A stretch of 63,878 nucleotides of DNA, counting the filler, from Candidatus Woesearchaeota archaeon (GTDB lineage Archaea > Nanobdellota > Nanobdellia > Woesearchaeales > CAZJJJ01): the NCBI GenBank assembly GCA_046538795.1. It is 3 parts of 3 records of this genome, joined end to end, with 100 filler letters (N's around TTAATTAATTAA, not from the genome) between each part and the next. Parts side by side here need not be neighbours in the genome. Positions count along the whole stretch, not along the records: positions 58,948 to 63,878 come from JBKHIF010000083.1; 2 more parts are not named here. The stretch is one strand, 5' to 3'. The first letter of the stretch is position 1. The number at the start of each line of letters is the position of its first letter. This document shows positions 59,586-63,878 of this stretch, piece after piece. The notes under the pieces are model-generated. The model had not been told where the DNA came from and did not search any database. It saw only the letters and a program-made list of their open reading frames with translations. The position numbers and the translations under genes are program-made.

Positions 59586-59689
59586 CAAAATATAGGATAA
59601 TAGATGATTTATATTTCTGTCGGTGGGTTTTACGGAAATGTTTTAAAGTTGCAAAAAATATATAAAGCATCCTTATACCTTAATTTATC

Positions 59690-60493
59690 ATGCCAAGATG
59701 CAAGAACTGCGGCGCAGAGGTTGGGGATCAGGATGTCTTCTGCGGCAAGTGCGGAAATCCTGTCTCAGGAAAACCAGTTTCTTTTGATGAACCTGAAGAG
59801 ATAAAACATGAATCTGAAAAAAAGGATAACACAGTCAAGCCGATCAAGAAAAAACAAGACCCTTTCGAGATAGAAGAGATGACTGAAGTTTACCACAGTT
59901 CTTCAAGAACAAAAAAAGCAAAATTATTCTACTATGCTCTTATAGGAATAATAATAATCGCTGTACTACTTACCCTTTACGGGCTTGGAAGAGAGCTTTT
60001 CACAGGATCTGATGAGACGCAAGAGCCTAAAAACTGCCCTTTTGAATGCTGCCTATCAGAAAATACTGACAATTATACTGCAAAAGCATGTTTAAATGAG
60101 TATGCATCATGCGAAAACAATGAATGCGTGCTTCCTGCCTGCGATTCTGAATGCTGTGAAGGTATCATGCATGAAGAAAAATCATGCGAAGAAGATTCCT
60201 TTTTTTGCGAAAACAACACATGCATAAGAAAAGACTGTCCTTTTGAATGCTGCACCCAAGGAGATGGATATGCATTAAAAGAATGTGAAAATCAGGGAAG
60301 CTGTGTAAACAACCAGTGCCTTCTTTCACCATGCCCAAGCGAGTTTGAGTGCTGTTATGACGAACTTGAATATGAAGATAAGGAATGTCCGGCAGGAAAA
60401 ACTTGCGTAGAAAGAGAATGCAAAAACACAATAATAGAAATGATAAAAGGATATAAAGATACTATAGTAAGCCTTTTCAAGGCGTTTCTATAG
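59690..60493 (+). CDS. Zinc ribbon, TM and four six-Cys extracellular repeats
   Basis: CKNCG...FCGKCG, a TM, then repeats of the form CPFECC...K.C.....C.NN.C. Confidence 0.8.
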   Translation: MPRCKNCGAEVGDQDVFCGKCGNPVSGKPVSFDEPEEIKHESEKKDNTVKPIKKKQDPFEIEEMTEVYHSSSRTKKAKLFYYALIGIIIIAVLLTLYGLGRELFTGSDETQEPKNCPFECCLSENTDNYTAKACLNEYASCENNECVLPACDSECCEGIMHEEKSCEEDSFFCENNTCIRKDCPFECCTQGDGYALKECENQGSCVNNQCLLSPCPSEFECCYDELEYEDKECPAGKTCVERECKNTIIEMIKGYKDTIVSLFKAFL

Positions 60494-60995
60494 TCGCTTC
60501 AATCTCCTTAATCCTTCTTTTAAGGTTGTCAATTGTCCTTGTGTTGTCCTGCTGCTTCATCATTGATCCGCACTCAGGGCATCTGAACTCAAATTCCATT
60601 GCAGAATCAAAGTTCAGCCTTGTACACATGTTTGGACATATGAAGTATGAATTAAGATTTGCAACCTCTTTATTTAGCCTTTCTTTAAGGACATCAACCT
60701 GATCGATCTTAATCTTATTGATAAGATACTTTACAGTTTTAAGATTAAGAGTCCAATAGCTTATATACCATCCCTTGATCTTGTCTTTTTTCCTTATATA
60801 GGTCACAAGGTTAAAAGTATGAAGCCTGTAAAGCATGTTTCTTACCCTGTTTACCTCTTCATTAAGAGCTTCAGCTATCTTGAATTCTGAAATATTGCTT
60901 TTCCCCTTTAGATACTCGACCACAGGTATGACATCTTCGCCTACCACCTGCACGATAGTATCATGTATCATCTTGTTTGTCAATCGCATTTTCAC
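60477..60995 (-). CDS. tfe: Transcription factor E alpha
   Basis: SEFKIAE, VRNMLY.L, GWY.SYW, Zn ribbon CPNMC/FRCPECG, DN. Confidence 0.93.
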   Translation of the reverse strand: MKMRLTNKMIHDTIVQVVGEDVIPVVEYLKGKSNISEFKIAEALNEEVNRVRNMLYRLHTFNLVTYIRKKDKIKGWYISYWTLNLKTVKYLINKIKIDQVDVLKERLNKEVANLNSYFICPNMCTRLNFDSAMEFEFRCPECGSMMKQQDNTRTIDNLKRRIKEIEATIETP

Positions 60996-61199
60996 AACAC
61001 ATCCCCCGATTTGTTATAAGTATAATATTGAAATTACTAGTATATAAATGTTTTGATTTTTGTTGCTATTTATGAGTAGTTTTGAACAAATTTAACTAAA
61101 ATCAGCATACATGGATAAGATTAGATAACTCAGATTTCCCCCTCGCTAAAACATATTTTTAGGCTTATTCATTTATATAACTTTTGTTTAAGCTATTGA

Positions 61200-61643
61200 T
61201 TATTGATAAAATGCCAAGAGATATTCCTTTATATCGCAGTAATATTTCCGGGTATCATCGTCCAGGCTTGAATTTTCATAAATCCTATCTATTAGCATCT
61301 CAATATCAGAAAGCTTGTCAGAAGATATCATTTTTTTCATGTGAAATAATTTTGTTTTTGAGATTATGTCCTTAATTCTTCTATTGTTTAGTTGGCTTGT
61401 TTCACTTTCCCTGATACTGATAAATACTTTTGAAATTTCCCTGTATATTCCGGCAAGTTGGTTTGAAGGATTCATAGAATTGATATATGAAAAAATTTTA
61501 AATGAGTCTATATAATTTTGACATCTTATGGCAGATTCACCTTTACCAAAAAGTTCTTCTTCAGAAAATTCTTTGTAATGATCAATTTCGTCTTTAACTT
61601 GATCAAAAATATCTATTATTTGAAAATCAGGCAATTCATTCAT
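61200..61643 (-). CDS. Hypothetical protein
   Basis: 147-aa ORF. Confidence 0.55.
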   Translation of the reverse strand: MNELPDFQIIDIFDQVKDEIDHYKEFSEEELFGKGESAIRCQNYIDSFKIFSYINSMNPSNQLAGIYREISKVFISIRESETSQLNNRRIKDIISKTKLFHMKKMISSDKLSDIEMLIDRIYENSSLDDDTRKYYCDIKEYLLAFYQ

Positions 61644-61667
61644 TTTTACATTTCCATCTTTTATTTT

Positions 61668-62849
61668 TTAAAGATCAACTACATAATCTTTTACAGGCAG
61701 CTCAACCTGTGTTGTCTTATATTCCTGTTCATCAAGAAGCGGTCCTGATAAATTTTCTTGTCCCTTCTTAACCAGCTTTTTGTAAAGATAAGGCAGTTCC
61801 TGATCTATTATGCCTTTAAGAGATAAAAGCTCTCCGAAAGAAGCCTCCTTAGCAATCGCGTCCTGTGAAAGATTAGCTCTCATTGCATCTATATCACCAG
61901 TCTCAGATATAGGTTTTGGAGAAAGCCTCCAATATCCTCCGAAATGATGTATGTTGATTCTGCCGTCTTTTGTCTCTTCCAATGCAACTACATATCTCAT
62001 GCATCCATCATGAAAATCATTGTCTTTTTCTGAATAGATAGGTTTTGATGGAACAAAAGGCTCTGCTATTAATCCAGGAGAATAATCAAGTTTTTCAGGA
62101 TCTATGTTATCCAAATCAAGTATAGTTACATCTTCTCCCCTTGCGCCTTTTGAAGGCTTTACAACTATATACTGTGGATTATATTCATCTATCAGGTCTT
62201 TTATGCCGTTTTCAGTATATTCATAGCTTTTTGCCTTGAGATATCTCTGGTCGCTAAAAATTTCATCTGTACAGCTCTTATCTTCAAGAACATCCTCTAA
62301 TCCAACAAGGTTGTCTGCAATATTTCCAAATCGTTCTTCCCATTCTGGATGAAGGTCTGAATAATTCTCTTTATTGTTTCCAAATTTTCGCTGTATGTAA
62401 GGAATCTTGTCTTTTGAGATCTTATCAAGGATAATATCTGATCCTTCCATCCTTGAGTTAGGTTTTCCTGCATCCTTAAGCCGTGCAGAAACATATGCCA
62501 AAGGAGCATTGCCAAGCCCTTTGAGATAATCTCTTAAAGCCTTATCACAATAATTGTCATCAGGTGTATTTTCTGAAGGAGGGCTGGTAAGTCCAAAGCC
62601 TCTTGTTCCTGAATTAATCCCGTTTATTTCTATTATCTTTGCATAGTTATCAGGAGTGACTTTTATATCAAGACCCAAGACTGCAAAAGATTTCAGGGAA
62701 TCCATATCATAGAATTCATCAGGTTCTTTAACAAAGACAGATGGTTTAAGCTCAGGCTCCTGATACGATCTTTCTGGATGATTATATAAGTCTCTATTTA
62801 CCATGTCTTCAAGAATTATTTCTCTCTCATCTTGAGTTGTCAGGTTCAT
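61668..62849 (-). CDS. Circularly permuted ATP-grasp-like protein
   Basis: GLDIK......IIEING near the N-terminus precedes EDK, VVKPSKGARGEDV, IAEPFV and ANLSQ. Confidence 0.7.
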   Translation of the reverse strand: MNLTTQDEREIILEDMVNRDLYNHPERSYQEPELKPSVFVKEPDEFYDMDSLKSFAVLGLDIKVTPDNYAKIIEINGINSGTRGFGLTSPPSENTPDDNYCDKALRDYLKGLGNAPLAYVSARLKDAGKPNSRMEGSDIILDKISKDKIPYIQRKFGNNKENYSDLHPEWEERFGNIADNLVGLEDVLEDKSCTDEIFSDQRYLKAKSYEYTENGIKDLIDEYNPQYIVVKPSKGARGEDVTILDLDNIDPEKLDYSPGLIAEPFVPSKPIYSEKDNDFHDGCMRYVVALEETKDGRINIHHFGGYWRLSPKPISETGDIDAMRANLSQDAIAKEASFGELLSLKGIIDQELPYLYKKLVKKGQENLSGPLLDEQEYKTTQVELPVKDYVVDL

Positions 62850-62894
62850 TTCATATATAGGTAGTGAGAAATTATTTAATAAATTAATCCAAAA

Positions 62895-63707
62895 TCAACC
62901 AAGATTCAGTTTTTGTACAGCTTCTTCCAAGCTTATGACATTAGATTCATCTACAGCTTCGATTTCATTAGGAACAATGCAAAATGAATTTTCTTCTGGT
63001 GAATTGACAATTAAATCTCTTATTGCAAAGATGTTTTCAGGTTTTGCTTTTTCCCTTGTCCTTTTTATGGACGCTGTCAAGCATTTTCTATTATATGCTC
63101 CGCCAAAATAAAGATCATCTGAAGAAAAATCCATAAGCTGGTTTTCATACAAAGGATCTCCTCTATTATATTGTGTAAATATGACCCTGTCAAGAAGACC
63201 CTTTTCTAAAAGAAGACTGCTTGAAGCTGCATAGTGATGCACTGTGTCAAGAACAACAATTCCTGTTTTTTCAGGATCACGTTCCATTTCAAGAAATTCA
63301 ATAAGTTTTTGAACATAATCATCTGATTCTTGTTTTACAAATTGTCCCAAAAGACAATCCTTATGTGTTAACTGAAGATAGAATGGATGTGTAAGCATAA
63401 CTGTTTGGTTTGCTTTTTTTGGCTTTTCATAGGCATCTTCATGTTCTAAGCAAAGCCTCAACAATTCGTTATCATTTGCAAACTCATATCTGCTGCTTGC
63501 ATAAGAAGATGGAACAGTTATATTTATTTTAATATGATCTTTAAACTCACTAAAATTATTGTTAACTGCAAATTCATCATTTTCAGAAGACATCCTTGAA
63601 GGAAAACTAGCATAGACATCATCATTTGACCTGTTAAATTTCCTCTTTTGCCTTTTAGCAAACAACATAGTCCATGAAATTAATGATCTGTTTTTAAATC
63701 TTTCCAC
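62895..63707 (-). CDS. Hypothetical protein, possibly isochorismatase/cysteine-hydrolase-like fold
   Basis: LTHPFY and LYFGGAYNRKCL motifs. Confidence 0.5.
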   Translation of the reverse strand: MERFKNRSLISWTMLFAKRQKRKFNRSNDDVYASFPSRMSSENDEFAVNNNFSEFKDHIKINITVPSSYASSRYEFANDNELLRLCLEHEDAYEKPKKANQTVMLTHPFYLQLTHKDCLLGQFVKQESDDYVQKLIEFLEMERDPEKTGIVVLDTVHHYAASSSLLLEKGLLDRVIFTQYNRGDPLYENQLMDFSSDDLYFGGAYNRKCLTASIKRTREKAKPENIFAIRDLIVNSPEENSFCIVPNEIEAVDESNVISLEEAVQKLNLG

Positions 63708-63794
63708 ATTTATTACTCAGAAGGGGTTATTCTGCACATTTATTATCTAAAAGAGAAAGATTAAAATAATAATCCTTATTTTTTCAGAGAAAAC

Positions 63795-63867
63795 GGGCTC
63801 GTGGTCTAGTGGCTATGATGCTGCCTCGACACGGCAGTGGTCGCCAGTTCAACTCTGGCCGGGCCCA
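63795..63867 (+). tRNA. tRNA-Val(GAC) with C at position 33
   Basis: Acceptor GGGCTCG/CGGGCCC, anticodon arm CTGCC-TCGACAC-GGCAG, T-arm GCCAG-TTCAACT-CTGGC. Confidence 0.9.
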
Positions 63868-63878
63868 TTATATTTCTA

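Noticed and set aside
57834..59588. Apparent hydA-helicase neighbourhood, and MATE next to the 29498-30448 gene
   Set aside because: The genes lie on different contigs joined by a linker, and the truncations are assembly ends rather than pseudogenes.

Overview
Low-GC archaeal DNA, most consistent with a DPANN (Woesearchaeota-like) genome; the taxonomy is inferred from TFB, TFE, Alba, S17e, class I LysRS, BHB-intron tRNAs, class III signal-peptide pilins and bacterial-type accessory genes. The window is three contigs (1-29397, 29498-58847, 58948-63878) joined by artificial N-TTAATTAATTAA-N linkers, so adjacency across linkers has no meaning. It holds about 65 protein genes and six tRNAs (Ser-GGA, Arg-TCG with intron, Ser-CGA with intron, Asn-GTT with intron, Ile-GAT, Val-GAC). 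The two most unusual unexplained signals are non-coding. (1) Downstream of three tRNA genes there are copies of each tRNA's own T-arm or 3' end, broken in the T-loop by AT-rich hairpins. (2) A roughly 1.9 kb locus (30900-32820) has a winged-helix gene and a small coiled-coil gene embedded in phased palindromic CCGACA/TGRCA repeats, G-strings and an AT tract, resembling a replication origin or centromere-like site with no Orc1/Cdc6 gene nearby. Other notable items: a trimeric bifurcating-type [FeFe]-hydrogenase, a Na+/K+-ATPase-like P2C pump, a DHS-decarboxylase-agmatinase operon, an APC permease-methyltransferase fusion, a channel with an altered selectivity filter, a circularly permuted ATP-grasp protein, a pseudoknot-like intergenic element and a C33 tRNA-Val. 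No CRISPR array, transposase or integrase was seen.
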